Below are positions 37,359 through 50,371 of a stretch of 64,000 nucleotides of DNA, one piece after another (the first letter of the stretch is position 1; each line of letters starts with the position of its first letter). Source of the DNA: a virus; IMG/VR virus record IMGVR_UViG_3300023184_007611, positions 1 through 64,000 of that record; one strand, 5' to 3'. The notes beneath the pieces are model-generated. The model made no database searches, was not told the origin of the DNA, and saw nothing but the letters and a program-made list of their open reading frames with translations. The translations under genes were made by a program, and so were the position numbers.

Positions 37359-39089
37359 TTAAGTTTTTATAGCAAAAGTCGTATAACCTTCAAAAGATGC
37401 AGTACATTGAACCCAATTAGAACCGCTTGCTATTAATTGAACAGGAGAAGAACATTTATACCCAGAATAACTTCCATTTTGATTTTGCCCTAATTCACCG
37501 AAAAGATTTCTTCCCCAACTCCATAATGTTCCATCTTTTTTTATTCCAATTGTATAAGTAGCACCACATGAAACTTGCAACCAATTATTTCCAATTGCCT
37601 TTACAGGTGAGTAATTAAATTCTTGATTACTTGTTTGATTGTTTCCAAATTGTCCAAAGCCATTAGTGCCCCAACACCAAAGTGTTCCATTTTTTTTAAT
37701 CGCTGCTGTATGAGTTTTACCTAAAGATATTTGGTCCCAGCCTGTTCCAATTTGGCGAATTTTAGGATTGCCATCATCTTCGCCTTTTTGATAGTTTAAA
37801 CCCCAAGTCCAAAGTGTTCCATTTTTTTTAATCGCTGCTATTTTGTTGTAACCACAGAAAACCTTATCCCAATCATTTCCACCAATTTTTGTTTGAAATG
37901 GTGCTCCTAATGATTGTATTCCTGAATTAGTCCACAAGAATCCTGATAAATTAGATCCCCATACCCAAAGTGTACCATTTGTTTTAACTGCTGTTGTTAT
38001 GTAATGGCCACAAGATACTTGCTTCCAGTTATTACCAAATGCTACAGTTTGAGTTGGAGATGATCTTCCAGTCCTATAATCATTCCAACCATTTCCTAAT
38101 TCCCCATATAAATTTAACCCCCAAGTCCAAAGTGTTCCATTTTTTTTAATGCCTGCTGTGTGGTAGCTTCCACAAGAAATTTGCTCCCAGTTAAAATCTT
38201 TGTCGCAAGTTTGAACTGGCTCTTTTACAAAATTATCTTTATCTGGCTTATTTATATCAACACTTTTATTATCTCCAAGTTGATTGTATAAAAATGACCC
38301 CCAACACCACAATGTTCCGTTTGTTTTAATTCCTGCTGTATGTTGAACTCCACATGATACTTCTTTCCATTTATCTGTTCCAATTATAGTTTGAATAGGA
38401 GAACTTTTATCAATTGAATTACCGTTTCCTAATTGATATGAATCGTTTCTTCCGAATCCCCATAATGTACCATAAGAAGTTGGAGTTGGTGCTTCTGGAG
38501 GCAAAGGACGACTTATTATTTGTGATTTTTCGGCAATTACATATCCTGGCTTTTTCCAAGTGCAATAATTATCTTCTGGACTATAAATATATATTTTACA
38601 AGTCCTTATAAATTCAAATTTTTTAAGTCTTCTATTGTAATAATAAAAGTTTATATCTCTTTTTATTGGAAATTTAATGTCTTTACATTTTGAAATTCCG
38701 TAATATGATGAATTTTTTAAATCTTTTGAATAAAAATAACTTTCTGGCACTGGATCTTTAGTTTCTATGGTTATTTTAATTGAATACTTAATCCAAGGAA
38801 GTCCAATTTTGCATTTAGAATTATTGCATTTTCCTAAACTTACTGTTACTCCAACATTATAGTCTGTATAGTCACTTTTAATAGGCAATCGTAATCCTTG
38901 GATTATATAATTTTTATAATCTCTATGCATAATAAATCCGTCCCAATTACTAAGCTCATTAGTCTCTGGTTTTAATGAAAAAATATGATTTCCAAACTTT
39001 GGGTTCTCAATTAGAACATTTAAAAGTTTTCCTTTTTTTAAATTATCTCCTCTAAGACAATCAAACCAAGGTGTATTCTTAGATGCCAT
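37359..39089 (-). CDS. ~195-aa N-domain, Pro linker and Lys-rich RCC1 beta-propeller
   Basis: PLPPEAPTPT linker followed by IKKNGTLWxWG repeats. Confidence 0.9.
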   Translation of the reverse strand: MASKNTPWFDCLRGDNLKKGKLLNVLIENPKFGNHIFSLKPETNELSNWDGFIMHRDYKNYIIQGLRLPIKSDYTDYNVGVTVSLGKCNNSKCKIGLPWIKYSIKITIETKDPVPESYFYSKDLKNSSYYGISKCKDIKFPIKRDINFYYYNRRLKKFEFIRTCKIYIYSPEDNYCTWKKPGYVIAEKSQIISRPLPPEAPTPTSYGTLWGFGRNDSYQLGNGNSIDKSSPIQTIIGTDKWKEVSCGVQHTAGIKTNGTLWCWGSFLYNQLGDNKSVDINKPDKDNFVKEPVQTCDKDFNWEQISCGSYHTAGIKKNGTLWTWGLNLYGELGNGWNDYRTGRSSPTQTVAFGNNWKQVSCGHYITTAVKTNGTLWVWGSNLSGFLWTNSGIQSLGAPFQTKIGGNDWDKVFCGYNKIAAIKKNGTLWTWGLNYQKGEDDGNPKIRQIGTGWDQISLGKTHTAAIKKNGTLWCWGTNGFGQFGNNQTSNQEFNYSPVKAIGNNWLQVSCGATYTIGIKKDGTLWSWGRNLFGELGQNQNGSYSGYKCSSPVQLIASGSNWVQCTASFEGYTTFAIKT

Positions 39090-39228
39090 TTATTTCCTTT
39101 TATTTTTTAAAAAATTATAAATACTCTTAGATAAACAAATATTACTTTAATTATTTATTAAACTTACAAATTTTTAAAAAATAATAATACATATGCAATA
39201 CAAGCAATTAATTATTACGGAGCATAAA

Positions 39229-42102
<2,874 letters not shown>

Positions 42103-42120
42103 AATAAATGTTATATTTTA

Positions 42121-42163
42121 AATAAAAAAAGCCATCTTAATTAAAAAGATGGCTTTTTTATTT
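42121..42163. terminator. Bidirectional intrinsic terminator
   Basis: aaaaaagccatctt-N7-aagatggctttttt between convergent genes. Confidence 0.9.
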
Positions 42164-42183
42164 ACTTTTATTTGGTTTAATAT

Positions 42184-42528
42184 TTATAAATTAAAGCTGC
42201 TTCCGCAACCACAAGTTGATTTTGCACTTGGATTAACTACTTTAAATCCTCTTTCGTTCATATCATCAAGATAATCAATAGTCGCACCATTAATGTACAT
42301 CACGCTTCTCTTATCTATAATTACACCAACTTCATTTATTTCATAAGATTCATCTAACTTATCGTTTATTTCTTCATCAATTGTGAGTTTGTATTGAAAT
42401 CCAGAGCATCCACCTCCAACAACACGAACTCTTAGGTATTGTTTTTTATCATTATTATTATCATTTTTTTGTTCTTCAACAATACGCTTTATTTCACTTT
42501 TCGCTCTTTCGGTAATTAATATTGACAT
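42184..42528 (-). CDS. iscA: A-type Fe-S cluster carrier (IscA/HesB family)
   Basis: LRVRVVGGGCSGFQY; NP...TCGCGSSF. Confidence 0.93.
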   Translation of the reverse strand: MSILITERAKSEIKRIVEEQKNDNNNDKKQYLRVRVVGGGCSGFQYKLTIDEEINDKLDESYEINEVGVIIDKRSVMYINGATIDYLDDMNERGFKVVNPSAKSTCGCGSSFNL

Positions 42529-42556
42529 AGTTAATCCTTTCTTTTGATTAATTAAT

Positions 42557-43462
42557 TTAGTTACTATGTTTGATTCTTTTAATTAAATCTAGTATGGCTA
42601 AGTCTTTGCCTTTTAATTCTACATCAAACATAATATTTTTACCATGAGAATTTGGTATTTCTTTTGCCATTTCTGCATGTGCTTTAGTGCCGTCTTTTGA
42701 TTCACTATAATGAAAAAGAGGTTGGCAATTCCAAGTTTTGTATGCCAGATCAAAGGCTTCTTTTTCTGATAAATTATCAGCAAGAAATTTATGATGTAAG
42801 CAATCAAAAGTAATAGGAATGTTATATCTTTGGTAAAATATTTCAACTAATTTTTTAGTACTCCAAACACCTTTAACATTATCATTGTTTTCTAGCACCA
42901 ATCTTTTTCTTACGCCATCAGATAATTTTTGAAAATTTTTCATGAATTCCTTAGACAATTCTTCTTCATTGCCATCTTTTCTAATATGGATATTTAGAGG
43001 TGACAGGTAATTCAAAGGTAATTCAAGTCTGTTAAATATATCGGCATGTAATTCAAGGTCATTAATTGAATTAGAAATTGTACTTGGGTTTTCAGAAGTA
43101 AGACTTATGTACTCACTTGGATGAGCAGAAATTCTTATTCCATTTGATTTAATGAAGTATTTAATTTGATTTAACAAAAAATTTATATCTTTTACATTTG
43201 GTAAATCATCAATTTTCATACATATATCAGGATGATTAAGCAAAGGAAATAAATCGCTACTAATTCTATAACCAGAAATGCCAATATTTACACATTGTTT
43301 TATTGTTTTAAAACAAACTTCTAGATTATGCAAAGAAATAAGTCCTATTTTATTAATTGCTTCATTTTTACTTATACTAGAAAAGCTTTTATAAGTAATT
43401 CTTCTGAATCTAGTGCCTTCTTTGGCTAAGATATTAGAAATACAACAAAGTGATAAATTCAT
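42557..43462 (-). CDS. uvsE: UV-damage endonuclease (UvsE/UVDE family)
   Basis: YRISSDLFP, RISAHP, NIH, RLVLEN.D, ITFDCLHH, FHYSE, DVELKGKD; start at ATG 43462. Confidence 0.92.
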   Translation of the reverse strand: MNLSLCCISNILAKEGTRFRRITYKSFSSISKNEAINKIGLISLHNLEVCFKTIKQCVNIGISGYRISSDLFPLLNHPDICMKIDDLPNVKDINFLLNQIKYFIKSNGIRISAHPSEYISLTSENPSTISNSINDLELHADIFNRLELPLNYLSPLNIHIRKDGNEEELSKEFMKNFQKLSDGVRKRLVLENNDNVKGVWSTKKLVEIFYQRYNIPITFDCLHHKFLADNLSEKEAFDLAYKTWNCQPLFHYSESKDGTKAHAEMAKEIPNSHGKNIMFDVELKGKDLAILDLIKRIKHSN

Positions 43463-43613
43463 AATAATTTCTATTTTGTTAGATATACAAAAAACAACTT
43501 TCCACAAGGTAAATATAATTAATTTTTTAAATAAGTCAATAATAATTCATGTTAATAAATAAAATGTTAGTATGTTAATGTAATATAAAGATGCAATTTT
43601 TAACAAGGATACA

Positions 43614-44228
43614 ATGCTTTTAGATTTAATAGGATTAATTAAAAAATACAACATGAAAATAAAAGGTGTTATTCATATTGGATCACATCATGGTCAAGAA
43701 AATAATTTATACAACTTAATTGGTATTAATAATAGAATTTTTTTTGAACCTCTAGCTTCTAATTTTTCAGTATTAGAAAAAAACATAGGATCTGAATATA
43801 CATTAGTTAAAAAAGCTTTGGGCAATGAAAATAAAAAAGTCAGCATGTATGTAGAAAAAGCAAATTCAGGACAATCAAGTTCAATATTAAAACCAATGCT
43901 TCATTTGAAGCAATATCCAAATATAGTTTTTAACGATACTGAAATTGTTGATATGATAAGACTAGATTCTTTTGAAGAAGACTTAACAAACTATAATTTT
44001 ATAGTTATTGATGTTCAAGGGTACGAATTAGAAGTTTTTAAAGGGGCAAAAAATACTCTTGAGAACATTGATTATATAATATCTGAGATAAATAGAGATG
44101 AATTATATGAAAACTGTGCTAAAATAGAACAACTAATTGAATTTTTGAGTAATTATGGATTTGAATTTATTGAACATAATTGGGTTGGGGGAACATGGGG
44201 AGACGGACTTTTTATAAAAAGTAAATAA
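43614..44228 (+). CDS. FkbM-family methyltransferase
   Basis: GVIHIGSH, FFEP, SSSIL, IDVQGYELEVFKG. Confidence 0.9.
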   Translation: MLLDLIGLIKKYNMKIKGVIHIGSHHGQENNLYNLIGINNRIFFEPLASNFSVLEKNIGSEYTLVKKALGNENKKVSMYVEKANSGQSSSILKPMLHLKQYPNIVFNDTEIVDMIRLDSFEEDLTNYNFIVIDVQGYELEVFKGAKNTLENIDYIISEINRDELYENCAKIEQLIEFLSNYGFEFIEHNWVGGTWGDGLFIKSK

Positions 44229-44231
44229 CTT

Positions 44232-45035
44232 ATGATAAGCATATTAAATTTTGGAAACATGGTAAGACTAGGAAATCAAATTTTTCAATTTGCTTTAATG
44301 TTTGCAATTAATAAAGATAAGAAATATTCTATATCTCTTCCTAAAGGGAAAAACAATAAGGGAGAAGATATTCAATTTTGGAAATGTTTTGATATTCAAA
44401 ATATAAAAATACATAATTTTAAAGAAGATGATTTTGATTATTACATTCAAGAAGATAATGGATGTTATAATTTTGATAAAGATATTTTGCAGCAAGAAGA
44501 TGATTTAATTTTTGATGGTTGTTTTCAATCGTATCTTTATTTTGATAAATATAAAAAAGAATTAATAAAATGTTTAAAATTTAAAAATAATATTATTAAA
44601 AAAGGCAATGATAAGTTATCAAAATATAAAACTCCACTTACCAGTATTCATGTTAGAAGAACAGATTATTTAAATCATCCTTGCTGGGGAGATTTAATCA
44701 AAGAAGGATATTATGAAAAAGCGATTGAAAACATAAAAGACAATGAAGAAGTTTTAGTATTTTCAGATGATGTTAATTTTGTTAAAGATTATTTTAAAAA
44801 TAAGAAAAATTTTAATATTATTGACGAAGACGAATATATTTCTTTGTACATGATGACAAAATGTGAAAAGCATATAATTGCCAATAGTAGTTTTTCATGG
44901 ATGGGTGCATATTTAAGTGGAAAAGAAAATATCACTTGTCCCAATCCTTGGTTTCCTTCTTTTTTCCCAAAGCCAAATAACATTCAAAAAGATATAACTA
45001 AACCAAATTGGAGAAAAATAAATGTCTTTAAATAA
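44232..45035 (+). CDS. GT11 alpha-1,2-fucosyltransferase-like glycosyltransferase
   Basis: RLGNQIFQ, GCFQS, IHVRRTDY, VFSDD, IIANSSFSW.GAYL. Confidence 0.92.
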   Translation: MISILNFGNMVRLGNQIFQFALMFAINKDKKYSISLPKGKNNKGEDIQFWKCFDIQNIKIHNFKEDDFDYYIQEDNGCYNFDKDILQQEDDLIFDGCFQSYLYFDKYKKELIKCLKFKNNIIKKGNDKLSKYKTPLTSIHVRRTDYLNHPCWGDLIKEGYYEKAIENIKDNEEVLVFSDDVNFVKDYFKNKKNFNIIDEDEYISLYMMTKCEKHIIANSSFSWMGAYLSGKENITCPNPWFPSFFPKPNNIQKDITKPNWRKINVFK

Positions 45036-46005
45036 AAAAGCATTAGTTTTAGGAGCAGGGGGATTCATTGGATCTCATTTGGTAAAAAATCTAAAAATAA
45101 AAGGCTATTATGTAAAAGGCGTTGACATAAAACATCCTGAATTTTCAAGTAGTTTGGCTGATGAATTTATGATTGGTGATTTAAAACAACAATGGTTTTG
45201 TGATAAGGTATTTAATGAAAGATTCAATGAAGTATATCAACTTGCAGCAGACATGGGAGGTGCTGGTTATATTTTTACTGGCGATAATGATGCTAATATT
45301 ATGACTAACTCAGCATTAATTAATTTAAATGTTATAGAAAGATGTGTTAGCACACAAGTTGGAAAAGTTTTCTATTCTTCTTCTGCGTGTATTTATCCTG
45401 CTTATAATCAAGTAGATCCAGAAAATCCAAAATGCTCAGAAGATTCAGCTTATCCAGCTGAACCAGACAGTGAATATGGATGGGAAAAACTATTCAGTGA
45501 AAGGCTTTATCTTTCTTATCATAAAAATTATAACTTAAATGTAAGAATAGCAAGGCTTCATAACATTTTTGGCCCTGAAGGAAGTTGGAATAATGGAAAA
45601 GAAAAAGCCCCAGCAGCATTATGTAGAAAAATAGCAGAAGCAGATTCTATTGTTGATGTTTGGGGCGATGGCAAACAAACTCGGTCTTTTCTTTATATTG
45701 ATGAATGTTTAGAAGCTATCGAAAGATTTATTGAATCTGATTTTACTGGTCCTGTTAACATTGGTTCAGAAGAAATGATTTCAATAAATGATTTAACTAA
45801 TATGATTATTAGCATATCAGGTAAAAATTTAACTATAAATAATATAAAAGGTCCTACTGGAGTTAGAGGAAGAAATTCAGACAATAAATTATATTTTAAA
45901 AATATTGGTTGGAAACCAGATTGCAAATTAAAAGATGGAATAGAAAAAACATTTAATTGGATTAGTAACCAGCTAAAAAAATCTATTAATCAGAAAATAT
46001 CTTAG
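45022..46005 (+). CDS. GDP-mannose 3,5-epimerase-like NAD-dependent epimerase
   Basis: GAGGFIG, QLAADMGG.G, SSSACIYP, YGWEK, EKAPAA, GVRGRNSDN. Confidence 0.9.
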   Translation: MSLNKKALVLGAGGFIGSHLVKNLKIKGYYVKGVDIKHPEFSSSLADEFMIGDLKQQWFCDKVFNERFNEVYQLAADMGGAGYIFTGDNDANIMTNSALINLNVIERCVSTQVGKVFYSSSACIYPAYNQVDPENPKCSEDSAYPAEPDSEYGWEKLFSERLYLSYHKNYNLNVRIARLHNIFGPEGSWNNGKEKAPAALCRKIAEADSIVDVWGDGKQTRSFLYIDECLEAIERFIESDFTGPVNIGSEEMISINDLTNMIISISGKNLTINNIKGPTGVRGRNSDNKLYFKNIGWKPDCKLKDGIEKTFNWISNQLKKSINQKIS

Positions 46006-46414
46006 AATTTTTTTTTAAAATAAGAACAATTGCTTCAAGCATTACATAATAACAAACTGTGTTTACTTCTTTTTTTACTTTTCTTGTTTTTACAATTGGC
46101 ATTTTTTCTATTATGTCTTTCATTTTCTTGTTATTTTTAAATTTTTCTTTTACAAACTCAAGTAAATCCTTGTCTTCAAATTTTTTAAACATAGAAAGTA
46201 GTTCTTTTGATAAAGAAACTTGTCCTTCGTACATAGCTGGATTGTTATTTTTTAAAGTAACATAGTTTTCAACACCTGTGTAATTATAAAGTAGGCCATT
46301 GTAGCATTTTACATATTTATCTGCGTCAAAATTATCCCCAAAAGCTTCATTTATAACACTTAACATTCTATCTCTAAATAGCTTGTAAAATTTATTTATT
46401 TTATCTATATTCAT
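45986..46414 (-). CDS. Hypothetical protein
   Basis: AAGGA RBS. Confidence 0.6.
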   Translation of the reverse strand: MNIDKINKFYKLFRDRMLSVINEAFGDNFDADKYVKCYNGLLYNYTGVENYVTLKNNNPAMYEGQVSLSKELLSMFKKFEDKDLLEFVKEKFKNNKKMKDIIEKMPIVKTRKVKKEVNTVCYYVMLEAIVLILKKNSKIFSD

Positions 46415-46516
46415 AAAGTTCCTTAATTTTATTGTTAATTTATTTAGTTTTTTTTAAACAATATAGATATTTTATTTTGTATTAAATTAAAATATTATTT
46501 TCAAAGGTGTGTTGTT

Positions 46517-47071
46517 ATGAATATCATTAAAAAAATCATCGAATCAGTTAGTGGCTTTAAAAAGAATAATATAATTAATAAAATAGAGCCTAAAAAACAA
46601 AACTATTCTCATTTAGAAAAATTTATTAATAACAGCAAGGAAGCTTTTAATTCTATGAATTTTTCTTTATCAAAATTAAATGATGCTTCTAAAATACCAA
46701 ATGGATGTCCTAAAAAAAACAATGAAGCAATTGCTAATCAAATAAAAGCATTAAAAAACATCACTTTGATATTTAAAAAAATTATGATTAACATTAGCGA
46801 AACAAAAAATTTCTTAAATATTAATGAACCAATAAAAGAAATTGAAATATTAAATAATGATTTTATTATTATTGAAAAAATTAATTTGTTTTTAGGAAGT
46901 GTAAAAGACGATGAATCTTTAATAGGAAAACTACTTTATGCAAAACAAGAAAAAGACATAAAAAGAAAAAAATATGTTTTGAGAAATCAAATAAATAGAC
47001 TTAAAAATAAATTAAACAATTTAAATGAAATAATTAAAAGAATAGAAAAAATTTACATTGATAAAATTTGA
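46517..47071 (+). CDS. Hypothetical basic coiled-coil protein
   Basis: AAGGTG RBS. Confidence 0.6.
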   Translation: MNIIKKIIESVSGFKKNNIINKIEPKKQNYSHLEKFINNSKEAFNSMNFSLSKLNDASKIPNGCPKKNNEAIANQIKALKNITLIFKKIMINISETKNFLNINEPIKEIEILNNDFIIIEKINLFLGSVKDDESLIGKLLYAKQEKDIKRKKYVLRNQINRLKNKLNNLNEIIKRIEKIYIDKI

Positions 47072-47073
47072 TG

Positions 47074-47715
47074 TTAAGGACATGGAAATTTTTTCTTACC
47101 ACAAGATGCTTCTATTGCTGCAATTCTAGCAACAAGAGCATCAATTGCTTCTTGACATTTCTCAAGATCTTTTATATCTTTGTTTTTTATATTTTTAGCA
47201 CTTTTTAAATTAGCTTCTGCGTTTGACAGTGTTCCCTCTAGAGTTAAATTGGTTTTTTTTATTGATTCTATTTCAGAAATTCTTTTCAATATTTGTTGAT
47301 TAATTTTATTTTGACATCTTTCTATTGCTCCTGGTCCAGCTTGTGAAGCACTTTGAACACATAAATTTCTTTCTTCTTCAAGAGTTTTTATGCTGTTGTT
47401 TTTTTCTTTAATTGTTGCTTTATTACTTTCAATACTAGCATTTATTCCATCTAACACTTTCTGAGCATTGTCTATAGCTTTATCATATTTATTTGCTGTA
47501 ATCCTCGATTGAATATTATTTTTTGTTGTTTCTTTGCTTGCTTTTTGTGAAAGCAAATGAGGAATACTGCAGAATGTATCTTTTGTGCATTCTGGAGTAG
47601 TAGTAGGTTTCTTAGTAGTTGTAGGCTTAACAGTAGTGCTAGGTTCTGTTGTTGTGGAAGATGCAAAATTTAAGCCTATGATTTTTCTATTAATATTTTT
47701 ATGTATTTTTTTCAT
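47074..47715 (-). CDS. Thr-rich linker plus Cys-bracketed coiled-coil protein
   Basis: TTTEPSTTVKPTTTKKPTTTPEC...; same architecture as 61518..62342. Confidence 0.75.
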   Translation of the reverse strand: MKKIHKNINRKIIGLNFASSTTTEPSTTVKPTTTKKPTTTPECTKDTFCSIPHLLSQKASKETTKNNIQSRITANKYDKAIDNAQKVLDGINASIESNKATIKEKNNSIKTLEEERNLCVQSASQAGPGAIERCQNKINQQILKRISEIESIKKTNLTLEGTLSNAEANLKSAKNIKNKDIKDLEKCQEAIDALVARIAAIEASCGKKKFPCP

Positions 47716-47794
47716 TTTATCCTAATTTTAAATTTTATAATTAAATTATATATTATTGAATAAATAAATTTATCATTTTTAAAATATATAAGAT

Positions 47795-48307
47795 ATGATA
47801 AATATTGCATTTTTAATTATGATTAAGTATAATATTTATTTGCAAGAAATTAAATACAAAAAAGAAATTGAAGAAATTCACATTAATTGTCAACTAAGAT
47901 TCCCAAATGATAAAGATAAATGTTCTATCGAAAGTCTTATAAGTGAATACTTAGAATCTAAAATAAATAATTATCCAGTTATGAGTCATGCTTATCATTT
48001 TGGTTATATAGGAAGATGCTGCACTAGAGAAATATTAGTATTCAATCAAAGTTATCAATCATATTGTAAATATAAAATAGAAACTGGCAATCAATATGAA
48101 ATAAATTTTTACTCAAATGCTTTAAGAGAAGCACAAGAACTTTATAAATGCTACGATTTATTAGATGATTCTTTTTGTGATGGGTTTTCTATGATAAGAA
48201 GAAGAAGATCTCTTAATGATTTAAAAAAATTAATTGGGGAAGAAAGTTTTTATAAAGGAATACTTCCTCCATCAATTCCAATTTGGCGTTTTAAAATAGT
48301 TGAATAA
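47795..48307 (+). CDS. Hypothetical protein
   Basis: ORF. Confidence 0.6.
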   Translation: MINIAFLIMIKYNIYLQEIKYKKEIEEIHINCQLRFPNDKDKCSIESLISEYLESKINNYPVMSHAYHFGYIGRCCTREILVFNQSYQSYCKYKIETGNQYEINFYSNALREAQELYKCYDLLDDSFCDGFSMIRRRRSLNDLKKLIGEESFYKGILPPSIPIWRFKIVE

Positions 48308-48315
48308 ACTAATCT

Positions 48316-48966
48316 TTAAACATTTTGTGGAGTTAGCCTATAATCAATTATTTTCATTAATAAATTAAATTCTCTCGTGCCATATAAGTAGAAATCACCA
48401 CACTTGTTACTACCATGAAAACTTACTGGTAACTCTATGTAATTTATATCTTCAAATCTCAAGTGTCTTTTTAATTTACTATTTCTAAATTCATTAGATT
48501 TTTTTGTATTAGTATAAAGATTAACGCCAAATAATTTTTCTTGCTGTTTAATCAAAATATCAATTCCATGTACAGTATCTAATTTCATGTCATATATAAC
48601 ATTTTGATATAGACCACTTTCCTTTAACATTAAAGAAAAATGCAAATCTCTTACCAAAGAAGGATAAGTTCTAAATATCCTTGCTTTAAGTCCTGAGATA
48701 ATATCATTTGAAAGCTTTTGTTGCTTAAGCCATTCTAAGTTTAACTTAACATAAGCATTTGCGAAATCATTTTGATCTAAAACTTTTTGGTTAATCAAAA
48801 TGTTTTCATAAAAACAATTTAAAAACATTGGAAACTGAATTTTATGTTCTACATCATGATTCCTGCACTGCATAAAACTTAATTTATAATTTTTAATTGT
48901 CTCTTCAATATCATTTGATGTTAAGTAAATCTTATCTAATAAGTTGTCAAATTCATTGATATCCAT
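48316..48966 (-). CDS. Restriction-endonuclease-like protein (TaqI-like)
   Basis: GLKARIFRTY...LD..HGIDILI; AGGAG RBS. Confidence 0.5.
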   Translation of the reverse strand: MDINEFDNLLDKIYLTSNDIEETIKNYKLSFMQCRNHDVEHKIQFPMFLNCFYENILINQKVLDQNDFANAYVKLNLEWLKQQKLSNDIISGLKARIFRTYPSLVRDLHFSLMLKESGLYQNVIYDMKLDTVHGIDILIKQQEKLFGVNLYTNTKKSNEFRNSKLKRHLRFEDINYIELPVSFHGSNKCGDFYLYGTREFNLLMKIIDYRLTPQNV

Positions 48967-48989
48967 AGAATCTCCTAGTTAATGGAATT

Positions 48990-49074
48990 ATTATAATATT
49001 TAATTTTGGTAATTGCAAGATAATATTATAAATCACTTTATTTTATTGACATTAGATTGATTGTGTTTTATAAA
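48990..49074. promoter_or_regulatory. Divergent sigma70-like promoters
   Basis: Minus strand TTGCAA-N17-TATAAT (49018-48990); plus strand TTGACA-N17-TATAAA (49046-49074). Confidence 0.7.
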
Positions 49075-49112
49075 ACAATTGAATAAAAATTAAGTTTAAA
49101 AAAGGAATAACA

Positions 49113-49937
49113 ATGATTATTGTACATGATGGAAGAGCACACGAAGATGATTTCCTAGCTACTTGTGTTTTGATTTATAAAACAAATCAAAGGGCTTTAA
49201 GAACTAAATTTACTTCAGAACACTTGGAAAATTCAGAATATTGGGTTGTTGATCAAGGATTATCTTTTAATACACAATTACATAATTTTGATCATCATCA
49301 CATAAAGGAAGAAATTTGTGGGTTTACTATGGTTCTAGATTATTTTTATGGGAAAACCTATAGAGAAGATTTTCCCCAGCTTAGATTTGTTGAGATATAT
49401 GATAGCTATGGTTCAAAATCAGCAGCAAAATTTGCCAAAGTATCAGAAGAAAGTTTAAGTGTAATTCATAGTCCTATTCGTAATTCTATTATCTCAGTGT
49501 TCTCTAAAATAAATGGGGAAATTAATGATCCAATGTATTCAGTAATGAAGGAAATTGGAAAATCTATTTGCGAAGAAATTGAGAATTGTAAGAAATTAAT
49601 GCAAATGATTGAAAATGGCGTACAATATTATTCTTTTGAAAACATTAAGATATTGGATGTTACTAATTGCAAATTAGATGAAGGTTTTAAAATTGAGAAC
49701 TTACCTACTAGAAAATATTGCAAGGATAAAAAAATTGAAGTCGATGTCGTTCTCACCATAGATAGCAGAAATTCAAACGGTGGATATAGAATGGTTAGTA
49801 ACAATATTGATGTAATTAAATTTCTTCCTAATGAAAAATCTTATTTCTGTCATAATAGCGGGTTTTTAATAGCATTTAATAATCTTGATGATTACAAGGA
49901 AATAATCATGAATTATATTGAGAAATCGAAAAACTGA
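49113..49937 (+). CDS. MYG1/UPF0160-like DHH-superfamily hydrolase
   Basis: HDG.AH.DD, VVDQG, FDHH, FCHNSGF. Confidence 0.8.
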   Translation: MIIVHDGRAHEDDFLATCVLIYKTNQRALRTKFTSEHLENSEYWVVDQGLSFNTQLHNFDHHHIKEEICGFTMVLDYFYGKTYREDFPQLRFVEIYDSYGSKSAAKFAKVSEESLSVIHSPIRNSIISVFSKINGEINDPMYSVMKEIGKSICEEIENCKKLMQMIENGVQYYSFENIKILDVTNCKLDEGFKIENLPTRKYCKDKKIEVDVVLTIDSRNSNGGYRMVSNNIDVIKFLPNEKSYFCHNSGFLIAFNNLDDYKEIIMNYIEKSKN

Positions 49938-49998
49938 TGATTTATGTAAATATTTTAAATGGTAGGTAATAATTATATATTTATATAATACATAATTC

Positions 49999-50364
49999 AT
50001 GTACACAGCAATAGTTTTAGACGAAGAATCTAAAAATAAACTTAAAGATAAATTTCATTCTTTTTTCAATGACGATTGGAAAATAATTTGCCATCACATG
50101 ACTATCAACATGGGTAAAGCTTCTGAAGACATTAAAAACATGATAGGACAAAGGGTTAAATTAGAAGCAGTCACGCTTGCTTTTGACGATCAAGTAGTAG
50201 CTGTTGGAGTAATTACAGATGTCCCTTCAGATAATAAAGTAAAACATATTACTGTAGCAGTTAATTACAATAATGGTGGCAAACCATATCTTAGTAATAA
50301 ATTAACAAATTGGGAGACAATACCAAATATTAAATTGTCTGGGACAATTGAAGAAGTTGGTTAA
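49999..50364 (+). CDS. 2H phosphoesterase
   Basis: Two HxT motifs (HHMTI, KHITVA). Confidence 0.82.
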   Translation: MYTAIVLDEESKNKLKDKFHSFFNDDWKIICHHMTINMGKASEDIKNMIGQRVKLEAVTLAFDDQVVAVGVITDVPSDNKVKHITVAVNYNNGGKPYLSNKLTNWETIPNIKLSGTIEEVG

Positions 50365-50371
50365 ATAAACT

